Assembly (NCBI GenBank): GCA_000320545.1
Contig: ADNK01000247.1
Location: forward strand, 21,300 to 85,299
Length of the DNA stretch: 64,000 bases
Origin: Bigelowiella natans CCMP2755
Taxonomy: Eukaryota > Protista > Cercozoa
Direction: 5' to 3'
The notes below the pieces were generated by a model that did no database searches, was not told the DNA's origin, and saw only the letters and a program-made list of their open reading frames with translations. Below are positions 48,561 through 59,865 of the stretch, piece by piece. A program made the position numbers and the translations under genes. The number at the start of each line of letters is the position of its first letter. The stretch's first letter is position 1.

Positions 48561-49361
48561 GGCCGTGGCTGTTAAGGCCAGGTCATCGTATGATAGATAC
48601 AGTAGCCACGGAGCTAGGAGAGCAACGCTTCAAGGACTCATTGGACTTACCTTCCTCCTCCCTCTAATTGTTCGCATAAGCGAGCCCTTAATATCCTCGC
48701 ATGGACTAAGCCGAGGAAGCTAGGAAGGCATGCTGGCTGTGGCGACACGTCTGTTCGCACGCTTTATTTCTCACATTCTACCACAATAAATAATGAGATT
48801 GTCATGCTGAGAACCAAGTCACTATCAGCACTTGCATGGGAGCTAACACTAGAAATATCACACACGCGCGCTATAGCGCACGCAGGCACGATGGGAATTG
48901 TAGCTCATTTGTTCATATGCATGTTTGGTGATAGTAGCGCATGTTCATGCAAGAAGCATCATACATAGCGCACAAGTAGCACACGACGTTCATAATGGTC
49001 CATTGATAAATGTTGCGATTTGTGCTGCCGTGTACATGAGCAGATAAACAGTTAGAGCTAGTTTCCAATTCTCACTCGCGCAGCCGCATGTACCGTATAT
49101 GCTCATCGATCAGGCTAGGACGACATCAGATTGCACCTTGTCCTGACTACATCGCCCTGCGCGCTTATTGCGTATCGATTGCAACTAACAATAACATGAT
49201 AATAAATTAACAATCGCTAGATCATACACACAGCTAACTGCCTGCTGCATTGTTGATGGTCGATGGTGCCATCCCAAGGTCCGGCGGACAGCACTCTGAG
49301 ACGCCGAGCTCCGACGCTATTATCTGCTCAAATTGACAAAAAGCAACTAAGAGAGTGTATA

Positions 49362-49875
49362 ATGAGCGATCTCAAAGCGAACCTCAGGAATTAAAATCTC
49401 ACGCCTTCTTTCTTCTTCACAGTTTCTCCACACCCTGTGCTACAACTTGCCCCTCGACTAAACAACAGCACTACAACAACAACTACTACTACTACTACTA
49501 CTACTACTACCATTAGCAACCTTGATGATCATGTTATGATGAATGGCGTGGTGCGCACAGAAGAACAACTCGCGTCCCAAGAAAGAACTAGCTCATTCGA
49601 AATTGGAAAGAATATGAGGAGGGGGGCGTGGAATAAATTAGTGCGCATCGCAGTATCCTAATCGTTTCTTCGATTCTTCAACGACTCCTCCCTGAGGCCA
49701 TCATTGTGCCAGTCACTCACTTTTAGGAGCTTATGATGCTGCTACTATTGCTTTTACTATCGTTTCTACTTCTTCAACACTTTCTGCTACTAACCCTAAC
49801 CCTTATCCCTCACTTGAATTCCTCAGAGTTCCCGTCTCCGGCCATCATAAATTCACATCTATTAACGCACACACA

Positions 49876-49912
<37 letters not shown>

Positions 49913-50198
49913 ATACGCACGATGATAATCAGCTGATGTTATACTCTCAAGCTGTGCACTACTTTGTTTTCATCAATTTATAGTTTTTTTGGTCGTCGCA
50001 ATGCGTTTGTGTTATACGATTCGTTGCTTTTCGTGCACTGATATAATAAATACAGGCGCTGCAACCAAAAAATGCTGCTACTCTAAGTTATGCGAAGGAA
50101 ACACCTTAGCCCTCCCTGGAGATCCAGCTGGTCTAATGTTTCTGTATGAAGGGTGGGGGAAATGGGCAAGGAAGTGATGTTTCCCTTTTTTTTAAATA

Positions 50199-50235
<37 letters not shown>

Positions 50236-51085
50236 GAGAGAGGGGGGGGGGGGGGGGGGGGGGGGAGAATTATGGAGTCAGAGCAGATAATAAGGGTGGA
50301 AGGTATTGGAAACCTAGCTCTTCTCTCAGTTGGTCTATAGCCTTATCAGCTGCTTCCCGATAGTTTTCGACGGCTGTGTTTCTCTGTCTCACATCGTACT
50401 GAACTACAACTGCGCTGTTGTCCATCAATATACCCCCCTATTTGATAAAAATACAAACATCTCGCAACAAACACGCATCTTCTGGTGTACCCCTACCTTT
50501 TCTATGTCGCGGCGGCTACTCAGCAACCTGATTGTGAAGTGATGATGTCCCCAATCGTCAACTCTTACTCTTTCGAATGGCATATGGTGGTTCTCTATTG
50601 ATGAGCTTATCGATGAAAGATTTGCTATCTCGGACAACCTGTCGAAATGGTCCAGCGAATGGCGCACGTGGCCTCCGATAGACGAATCGGTGAGCGCGCT
50701 CTTTGTTCTGTTATGACAAGGAATAAGCGAAACCCAAGGACTCTTTGTTTAGATAGATGGGGAAGGATGGAAAGGAGAGAACGAGGTGGGTCTACACTTC
50801 GAGGGCGTGTCATGTATTCGTTTGCGCAGCATATTTCCCGCATATTTCCCCATGACCCTCTTTCCGCGCGTCGGTCTATCCATGCTGAACCCTTCAAATG
50901 CTATGGCAAGACTTGTTTTGTTTGCACCACCGGAAAATATCATCATTCTTCAGCGTTTTCACGACGGACTGCGTTTGACCAAGCACGGTCAAGGCCGCCG
51001 CGACAACCTGAGAAGGCTGTGCTGGCTGCTGCAGCGCTCCTGAAAACGGTAAACTTGCGTGCATGCGTGCGTGTGTGTATGTGTA

Positions 51086-51120
<35 letters not shown>

Positions 51121-51491
51121 CGTAGAACATGTACATGTCGGAAGGTTAGGCAATTTCAACAACTCCCAGACAGAGCAAGCAGCACACTCTCATAGAACTG
51201 CTAGAATTACAGTGCACCATTTGTAGTAGAGGAGGAAGTAGAAAAACATCCACACCGAAAGGGGCGGGGGAATCGCCGAAGGAGCATCATCCGAGATAGG
51301 AATGGACTGCAGTACGTAGTAGTGGTAGCAGTACATGTATTAGCAACATTTTCTACAGATATTTCTGGGTCAAATATAAGTCATCTTCCACATCCTTCCA
51401 AAGAAGAGGATCGAGTCCGACATTCATTGTCCAAGTTCCGTTCCGCGTGCGATGTCTTCGGGGCGAAAACCTGCCGCGAATACCGTGGCTA
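49362..51491 (+). CDS. Probable unidentified multi-exon gene (weak glycosyltransferase-like impression)
   Basis: Exon-like segments RRGAWNKL and EKAVLAAAALLKT|gt; terminal exon ISGSNISHLPHPSKEEDRVRHSLSKFRSACDVFGAKTCREYRG* after ttttctacag. Confidence 0.35.
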
Positions 51492-51797
51492 AAAGAAGCC
51501 CGCGACGCCCTTTCTCGGTGTTCGAAACTGGGCAGCAGCCACATGCTTGCATCCCTGAGCTGACCTTCGTGCCAGAATTTCGCAGGACGTTTTGCCCGTT
51601 TATATCCGTCAATGGGTTGTCTTAGGTAAAAATCGTAGGTAATGCTTCTCCTCTTCCAGAATATTCTCGGAGAAAATTCCTCGGAAACCTTCTGCGATCG
51701 TGCAGACGCCGAGAAAGCTTCCGGGAACACACCTACTGATCCATCCACGCATGGAGGTAAAATTCGGAGCAGGTCCTTCACGCAACTCCCATTGTCA

Positions 51798-51868
51798 CTT
51801 CCCGTCGTTCAATGGTAGGACCCTCGGTTGTAGCCCGAGAGATGTTGGTTCGATTCCAACCGGGGAGA
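51798..51868 (+). tRNA. tRNA-Tyr(GTA), intronless, canonical cloverleaf
   Basis: Acceptor CTTCCCG/CGGGGAG (C1:G72, A73); D stem GTTC/GGAC; anticodon stem CTCGG/CCGAG with loop TT-GTA-GC; T arm GTTGG-TTCGATT-CCAAC. Confidence 0.88.
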
Positions 51869-51878
51869 GCAACATCAA

Positions 51879-51948
51879 AGTCGTGCAAGTGGTCTCTTGA
51901 CCCCCTTCTAATAAGCGGGGAGAGGAAGTTCAATTCTTCCCACGACTA
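51879..51948 (+). tRNA. Non-canonical tRNA-Ile(AAT)
   Basis: Acceptor AGTCGTG/CACGACT + A; D arm CAAG-TGGTCT-CTTG directly abutting the acceptor; anticodon stem CCCCTT/GCGGGG with loop CT-AAT-AA; variable AGA; T arm GGAAG-TTCAATT-CTTCC. Confidence 0.75.
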
Positions 51949-52007
51949 TTCTTATCAGGTATTCGATGTTTGTGGAGACATTGGTTCAAATCCGAACAAA
52001 GTCGCAT

Positions 52008-52077
52008 GGCCTCACCGGCGGAACTGGCGCTGTGGCTTCGAACAACGGTTGGGAGGGTTTAACTCCCTCTGGGGCTT
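52008..52077 (+). tRNA. Non-canonical tRNA-Arg(TCG)
   Basis: Acceptor GGCCTCA/TGGGGCT; D arm CCGG-CGGAA-CTGG abutting the acceptor; anticodon stem CTGTGG/CAACGG with loop CT-TCG-AA; T arm GAGGG-TTTAACT-CCCTC. Confidence 0.65.
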
Positions 52078-52086
52078 CTTCAGTGG

Positions 52087-52156
52087 AGTCGTGCAAGTGG
52101 TCTCTTGACCCCCGTCTTATAAGCGGGGAGAGGAAGTTCAATTCTTCCCACGACTA
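52087..52156 (+). tRNA. Non-canonical tRNA-Ile(TAT), intronless
   Basis: Matches 51879-51948 at 68 of 70 nt; anticodon stem CCCCGT/GCGGGG fully paired, loop CT-TAT-AA. Confidence 0.78.
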
Positions 52157-52162
52157 GTCACA

Positions 52163-52168
52163 TTTTTT
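52163..52168 (+). terminator. Putative Pol III terminator (T6)
   Basis: First run of four or more T after the start of the tRNA array, 6 nt past the last tRNA. Confidence 0.65.
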
Positions 52169-52169
52169 A

Positions 52170-53080
52170 CATCAAGCTCATCGCATCTCACAACAGCGGT
52201 AACAAAATGTAGAAAACAAGGCATTTGCACACATTTTGAATTTAGACACTTTTTGCATCATGTGGATCTTTTAGGGCTCATTTTTTCGAATTTTGTGTGC
52301 AAACATTCCAATCACTTCAACTTTTCAAATGTTGGATTGTGATCGAACGTGTTCCCATTGATGGATGATGGCCAAACCGATGAATCCATTGATGTTTCAT
52401 TCAAGTCTCTGCAAGCAAGATGCTGCATTTTTCCTTCAACGCGGCAAAAATCATGTCACAACATCAAACGCATCCTTTGCTGATTGTGATGCAATGAATG
52501 GTCGATCCATGAGCTAAATGCAGCCACAGATTTGCAATGATTGTGCAAAGCACGCTGGTTGTTGTGTGTGCCATTGCCAATTGTACCTGAACACAACTTG
52601 CCAACTGCCCGCAGACAGTAGTCTGGAGCAGCAGCGCAGTGCAGGCGCACGCACACTGCAAGGCATCACCACTTGGTGACAAACTCCGCCATGTTCTTGT
52701 TCACTCTCAAAACTTGCTAGGCCCGCCGAGCCATGCGCATGTCTAAATGTGTGTTGCTGATTGCATGTGCGATGCATGCAACAATGACTGCACAACATTG
52801 CTTGCTTGCGCTAAGTTGAATGATATGATTGTTCCCCTGAGCCACGACCTGAATGCCACACACACGCATGTGTGCATGTACATGCATCGTGTTTTACAAG
52901 AGAGGTGCATGCGTGCACAAGGCATCATAATCTATAATCATCATGCATGCCTGTGCGCACTTGGCGATGCTAGAATGTGCCTGCACTGATGAGCGGATGA
53001 CACATGCTGCTTGAATTGGAATAGTCACATGCATTACTCAACACATTGTTTCATAATAATGTGCCAGTAACATTCCATGC
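52170..53080. repeat. TpA-depleted island (probable degenerate repeat)
   Basis: AT-rich yet no TA seen from about 52280 to 52510; excess TGCA/CATG. Confidence 0.55.
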
Positions 53081-53365
53081 CATTCAAATGAAAAGCGCAA
53101 CTGAATAGAGAGCAAGAACGTTTACTTTTGTAATAGCAAGGTCATAACGATGCGACCGTAAGTTGTGTACTAGAATAAATGAATTTATAACATTAATATA
53201 CCACAGATTGTGGCACATATCAACAGCATGGTCATATCAGATCAAATATATTGTCTACGATAGACTATGCATAATAACTAAAAACCTGTGCAGCAATTAC
53301 CCTTAAATTAATTGTCGAAAATCTCTTCAACTACCAATACCGTGTCTCGACTCACGCCAATTTCC

Positions 53366-54053
53366 CTAAGTAGGAAAGTACAAAATTTCCCCTGATATTA
53401 GTACGTGGTGAGCAATCGGTGTTAGCAACAAAACCTGAGGGTCGCATTGGGTAATCTCGGCAGCACTTTTCGGGGAAAACGCGTTACCTTCAAACACGAT
53501 AATGATTATTATGGCATTGTTGTTCTTTCTGTAGTGTTTAGAGTACCAAGCGCAATCTGTCCATCGGAAGCAACTTCTCATCCTCCCTGTCGCGAATGAG
53601 ATGCGACTCGATGAATTGGAACATTACCTTGCAACAACATGGTATTATTATCGTGGTTGGTTGCTGGCATTCAGCTCCTCTTTCCCCCTCTTTTTTTTGT
53701 TCCCCCTTTCTTCTTCTTCCTTTTCTCATACTCCTATACCTTTGCTGCTTGATCAACATCAAATCGCCGACTCACCCTGGTCGTTCCGTCTGGAAATAAA
53801 AAACGGATATTGGCCACTACTACCCCTTTGGCACCCACTGAAGGTTCCTTAGGAAGGCTATCGCGTAAATCAATTCGCCTTTTTTCCTCCGCCTTTTCCA
53901 GCCTGTTCTCCTCCGCGGCAGCCCGCACCGCGTCGAGACGACGCTGTTCTTCCTCATGCTCCTATGCAGGGGGAATCACAAGCAAAACTAAGCTTAAGTT
54001 TAAAAATGTCGGGTTGCTTGACAAAGAGAATGGTAACGAGGGACAGCATCATT

Positions 54054-54085
<32 letters not shown>

Positions 54086-54515
54086 TCTGAACTATTCAAA
54101 ATATCCTTCTTGCTTATGATGAACCGCGTTGGAACAGGGTAGCGACGATTGTTGGGAAGATAACAGTGGCAGTAGGAGGGAGGCAACGGTTCTACGCACT
54201 ATATGTATGCAGCACGAAAAAGAGCAAAATAGGGCTGCTAAGAGCACTCACCTGAGAGAGCTTCTGTTCGTCCTGCAACAGTGCTTGCTCATATTCGGAG
54301 TTCTGCTCGCTCACTATCATCCGCCGAGCGCTCTCACTTTTTCGTTTTTCCACAATGTTGTTCCAATTATCCTTAAATGAATATAGGAAGAGATAATAGG
54401 AGGCCAATGGGGGACACATAAAACACCACAGCTCGGATACTGCACCAATAGAAACAGCAGGAGGACCATCGGTCGTGTAGCATATGTATATCATAAATTA
54501 CACTTGTACAATGGT

Positions 54516-54556
<41 letters not shown>

Positions 54557-55237
54557 ATGAGCGTTTTCCGCCCTCTCTACCTGCGCGAGGAGTGCCCACT
54601 GGAGAAATAAGGAAGAATTTCGAAATAAAGCTTGCGCCTTGGCTACAACCTTCACAACGGAGTGGCTGCTGCTGCTAGCTTTGTGTCCCCTATTCTTGTT
54701 CTTATCGGGGGAAGAAACGACACCGATCACGGCTACGAGCGATTCCGATAACTTCTCTTCACCCATTTCCTGTTGGTGGTGAAAAGATAGGTCATATTAT
54801 AACACTGAGGAGTTGGAGGCCCAGCTGTCTGCTACCTCTCATCAACATCATCACAACACTTACCATTCCATCAGGATTGTCCTCACGCATAATCATCCTC
54901 ATCACCAGCAGCATTTGAGCCGCTACGACAACATGGACGACGATTACTACAACTGCTACTGCTACTATTCCATTTACCTTTGCAAGAAGATATCCCTCCG
55001 CCATGCCTTGATCCCTAAGGCTTCCAGCCCAGCAGACGAAATTCGCCGTTAGATACTGCGCTACTCCGTTTGACCCAAGGATCTCCTCTGAAAAACCCGC
55101 GCTGGCATCAGCGGCGGGGGCATGTAGGTAGACGAAAAGGGCGCGATTCTGCACAAGAGCGATCTCCAAGGCTGTCTGCAACGAGTCTGGCACGAAGGCG
55201 GGACCTAGGGGGGCGATCATAAATTGCACATTTGTGT

Positions 55238-55279
<42 letters not shown>

Positions 55280-55830
55280 ATGTTTTTTCCTCCCTCTCTC
55301 TTCCCCCCCTCGATCTCTCCTTTCTGTATTATCTGCTACTACCTCCACCCCCCGACATCCTCGCAACGAGAGAAGAAAGGAGCGCCTTGGCTTCTTTACT
55401 GGCTTGCTGTGGATTGCTATATTCTCCATTGTACGAGGAAGAGGAGGAAGAGGAAGCGAAGCTCTGATAGCCGCCCTGCTGCCTTCGAATGTTGTTATTG
55501 CGGCCTCTGGCATCCTACTCAATTTCCAAATTACATGTATTTGTCTTAAAGTGCAGGCGTGAAACATGTGTGGAAGGTGCAAACATGGAGATATGTGTAG
55601 ATGTATGAATCTAGTGTGTGGGAGAAATGATATGTTGCAAGCTGAGTAAGTGTGTCTCAACTATGATAACTGAAAGCAGCACCTGGCGTCGACGTCTAGG
55701 GGAAGATTTTCCTTCTTGATTTGGGGTGAATTGCTGCTCACGTTTTCGTCGCTCCCGTTCCCGTCTTTTTGTTTGCTCGTTCCGGCGCTGTTCAGGATCT
55801 GGACGAGCAGCAGCACGTCATCTATCATTC
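53366..55830 (-). CDS. UAS + UBX domain protein (FAF2/UBXD8/PUX10-like), multi-exon; 5' end may extend to ~56224
   Basis: UAS: SLQTALEIALVQNRALFVYLH...YLTANFVCWAGS. Coiled coil: RRMIVSEQNSEYEQALLQDEQK. UBX: LPKEP...NIRFLFPDGTTRVSRRF. Confidence 0.85.
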
Positions 55831-55840
55831 ACAATGCATG

Positions 55841-55878
<38 letters not shown>

Positions 55879-57186
55879 CATCTATTCTGAGTCATCATCT
55901 ATCGTTTGTGGCAGACAAAGAGATCAACAACCTACGCCTGTCCATGCCCTGTATGTCAGATATACCACCACAGCTCCACTGGCTAGGTACCAACCGTAAT
56001 CCTGAGGGAGGAAAGGGGTAGAATGAAGGAAGCAAAGTTTCTCTGGTTCATGTGACGCCTGGACGATGCATGGCCAATTTGGACCACGTTCCGCCCTCCT
56101 CACCACCCCATCTCACATGCGCAAGCGAGAAGAAATAAGATCACTTGAATGGAGCAACGTCGAAGAATTCAGCAGAAGCTAAAAGACGACGAACCTTCAG
56201 GAGAAACATGGAGAGCCCGCTCATGTTGCCCCTTCCGTCTCGCTCCTCGCTGACTAAAAGGAATCTGGAATGGTATGTGGCTTCTATTCAGATGTTTTCG
56301 GTTGATATTTCGATCTTATTGGGAGCCAGTCGATCTTCCGATTTTGCAAAGCTGAGAAAGAAACTTCATTCTACATTCTCAGAAAAATATCAGATATTTG
56401 AGCATTGAAAATTGTACTGAATTTAAAGAGAGATTCCTACCCGGGAATCTAGTGTGCTACATGCAGATCGCGACAGGCATGTGATCACTGGCGCGCGTGC
56501 TGCACTTGCACATTTCTTTTGTTTATTTTTCATTCTTCTTCTTTTCAATGCAAGCTCCCAGCGACCAATTGACAGCGACGATGGATTCAAATGAGTAACG
56601 GGATCCGTGCTCCATTCACAGCGAACAATGCGTGTGTGCACTCGACGAGCAGGTGGATTTGTCTGGCTGCACATCATCATTGGATGAGATGTGCCAAGAT
56701 GCAGCCGCAGTGGTGCACTCCACGTTTGGCTAAACATGCATTTCTTTCCTCACCATTGCGTTTCGGCGCCCACAGTGACATGATCACTACGATCTTGCAT
56801 GTTGCATTGCAAGATCTCTGCTAGCAAAATGTGGTTCATTTGCGTTGTGCACAAATGACAGCCATGCTAGCAATTAAAACCCAGCTATGCAGCTAGCCAG
56901 TTGAAGATCAATGCTCAAACAGTGTGAAAAACCATTGCACAGTCGCATTGAGTGTATCTAGGTAGCGAGTAACTTGTATTAAAAGACACAACATTGCTGG
57001 TAAGTTTCTACGACCGCTTTGTTCACTTGCATCGCGCGCAGGCCGGCAAGCAAAGCGATGCTAGGCTGGGAATCGACAGCTTATGAAATGAAACGTAACG
57101 CGGTAATGCTGTTGCACACCAGACATATTTCATCTCATAGAGTAGGTGCATACATAAGAACACAATCACAGAAGTGACATGGGACG

Positions 57187-59024
57187 CTAATAAGTGGAGA
57201 ATTCAGTTGTGTTTTTCCTCCCCACGTAGCGACACAATCTGCGCATGCCTTCCTCAACATCGGATATTTCGGAAGCCAGCGACACGCGTACGTAGCCACG
57301 CGCTACATCCCCAAACGCCGAGCCTGGTGACACTGCAACGCCTTGATCGACTAACAGTTTCTTACAAAACTCTAAGTCGTCGGCTTCAGCGGGGCAAGCC
57401 TTCACAAGGATGTAGAACGCGCCCTACAACGAAGAGCATTACAAATAATATATGATTAATTGCGGAACCATTATCATCTTCCAGGTATCAATAATGTGTG
57501 TGCAATGCGGATGTGCAAAAAATATTGCAAACAATGGTATCTTCTCTCCACCTGTGTATTCCTATTTTTTCTTCTTACAATAATGACTAGTCTACTGCTG
57601 CCTACCGCTGGTGTGTATGCGTACAAACCGAACTCCCTGAGCACAGCCACGGCCACATCTCTCCGCTTGCGGTATTCATGAGCCATCTTCACGGATGCAG
57701 CCTGAGAGGCCGGGTCGCTTAGCGCTGCTAGTGCACCAGCCTGTGCAAACGGCACGCCACAGCTGACAGAAGCCTCAAGGACCTTCGGCATCGCATCGGC
57801 CAGGGCACGATTCGGTGTGACAATCCAGCCCACACGGAACCCCGTCATTGCGTACGCCTTGGAGACTCCATCGACGACAACTACACGCGATTTGTCTAGG
57901 AAGGGGACTTGTAACAGGCTTGCGGATCGTTTCTGATGGCGGTGACGATGTTGCGGGCTGCCTTCTGAGAGCGCGCCTTCTCCTTCAACTTCATCACGAT
58001 CGTTGCTATCAACATCAATATCATCGTGGAGGACACGGGAATAGATTTCATCACTAATGATAACCAGGTTGCGTTCGTGGGCAATTGCCGCCAAGGCCTC
58101 CAGTTCTGATTTGGTCAGAACCGATCCCGTAGGATTCGAGGGTGAGCAGATGAGCAAAACCTTAGTCTTGGGAGAGCATAGCGATGCGACCTTTTGAGGG
58201 TCAGGCTTCCAGCCCTGCGCTTGTTCCAATGGATATTTCACTACAGTGGCTCCTTCAAGCTGAACCATCATCTCGTAGTTGCTCCAGGCTGAATTTGAGG
58301 TAAATATGAGCAATGTAGATCAGTGAGAGGGAGGAGGATGGACTGTATCAAGGATATCATCGTCAGAATTTTTACAGTGTCATAATTTCACAATCCCATT
58401 ACCCGGATCAGGAATTAGAACTTCATCTCCGGGCTCAAGGATTGCCTTTAGGGCTGATGAGATAGCCCCCACGGCACCATGACATACGACAACGTTTTCA
58501 GGTCCGATGTCCTCCGCTATAATGTCTGCAGCAAATTCCCTAGTTGAATCTGCTATAGCCTCACGTAACCTCAGAAGACCAGAGTTTGAAATATACGCCT
58601 GGTATGTAGGATCTCTGAGCGCGGCGCTCGTGGCGGACAAGACCGGCTCTGGCGCGGGGAAGTCGGGTTGGCCAACTTCAAGATGGAGGATTCGCCGTGA
58701 TTCCGTCTTCTCTTTCTTGTCTTGCTCTTTGGCGTCTGAGACATCGTCTCTTCCATTTTCTCTCTCCAGTTTATGCGCGAGCTCCCAGATAACCCGAATC
58801 CCACTCTGCTTTACTTGCGCAAGCTTGGGCGACGGAACGCTGAAGGACGTCGCCTCAGTGCTCAATCTGGCGGGCCACAGGGGTGAGAGCGATGGAGAAG
58901 CGCAGCGAGCAATCGCTGCTGCTCGGCCAAGTTGAGTACTCCCAAAAGCAGCAGCGAGGCTGATGCTCCTCTTCGACGGGTTTTGAAGCACCGTCAGCAT
59001 TCTGCTTCCCAGGACCGACCTCAT
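57187..59024 (-). CDS. PLP-dependent class I/II aminotransferase (aspartate aminotransferase-like), 3 exons, probable organellar transit peptide
   Basis: LEVGQPDF, LIPDP|AWSNY, CSPSNPTG, ISDEIY, GVSKAYAMTGFRVGW, VSPGSAFG..GYVRVS. Confidence 0.92.
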
Positions 59025-59598
59025 GACACCATTTGGGAGGTAGAGATTGATGTAGAAGGGTCCAATTACCATACGAGCGACAACGTAAATTCAAACATTT
59101 TGTCTTACTTGGCGAGAAATGATGACGACCTCTTCGTTTTCTCTAGCGACATGATCCATTGCTTGACGCTAAGGTAAAAAACGCTGTGTTTGATCGCAAC
59201 CAATGTGATCCCCCGGTATGGTGGGATTTGCGTGCCATCTTGATTTTTGAATTTTTGAAACTTCGGCAAACTTTGGAGTTGACAGTCTGCACTTCTGGTC
59301 TATTTGCACGCTGAGAATATCGTAGAGAGAGGTCAAGTAAGCACATACTGACCGCCGATTACGAGACAAAAAGCGACGGAGAAGAAGGAAGAAAAACGAT
59401 CTGGATATTGGTTTATATCTTGAAAAATTCCCCAATATTACATTTTAGACGGGCGACGAGACTCAGTCGATCGGGTGACGGGCTTGGAGGCAGGGCTTGA
59501 AAGGGTAAGGGGTGTCAGCGATGCATCTCGAACGAATGTTTTCCTTTTTGTCTCGAAGGACAATCTTTTTCAATTTGATAACTTTAGAGAAGGAGAGA

Positions 59599-59831
59599 AT
59601 GGTGTTGTCCGGCCCTGCATCTTATGCGATTGTAAATATTCAGTGTGCGTGTTTGTGCGTGTGTGTGTGTGTGTGTGTGTGTTTATGTTCGTGTTTCACT
59701 AACCTTCTTGACAGTCCGACGCGGAACCTTAGAGAACAATGATCGAGCGAACTCCGCATCAGATCTTCGTCCGGGTTTCTCCATTACACGCAATTTGGCA
59801 TTTCCCACCATTCATGACCACCACAGCAACC

Positions 59832-59865
<34 letters not shown>

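Noticed and set aside
49789-49803. CTAACC telomere-like repeats
   Set aside because: Only about two copies; likely chance
51353-51781. 142-aa minus-strand ORF next to the tRNA array, considered as a viral or homing-endonuclease gene
   Set aside because: GTG start and no motifs; it overlaps a more plausible plus-strand terminal exon
51720-51790. Weak resemblance to 5S rRNA upstream of tRNA-Tyr
   Set aside because: Only a short motif; no supportable 5S helices
51901-51920. CTA in 'ttctaataa' read as an amber-suppressor/pyrrolysine anticodon
   Set aside because: Stem register and the paralogue at 52087 place the loop as CT-AAT-AA, i.e. Ile
51879-52156. Direct repeat interpreted as CRISPR or LTR
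   Set aside because: Only two 70-nt copies, each folding as a tRNA; eukaryotic context with no cas or retroelement ORFs
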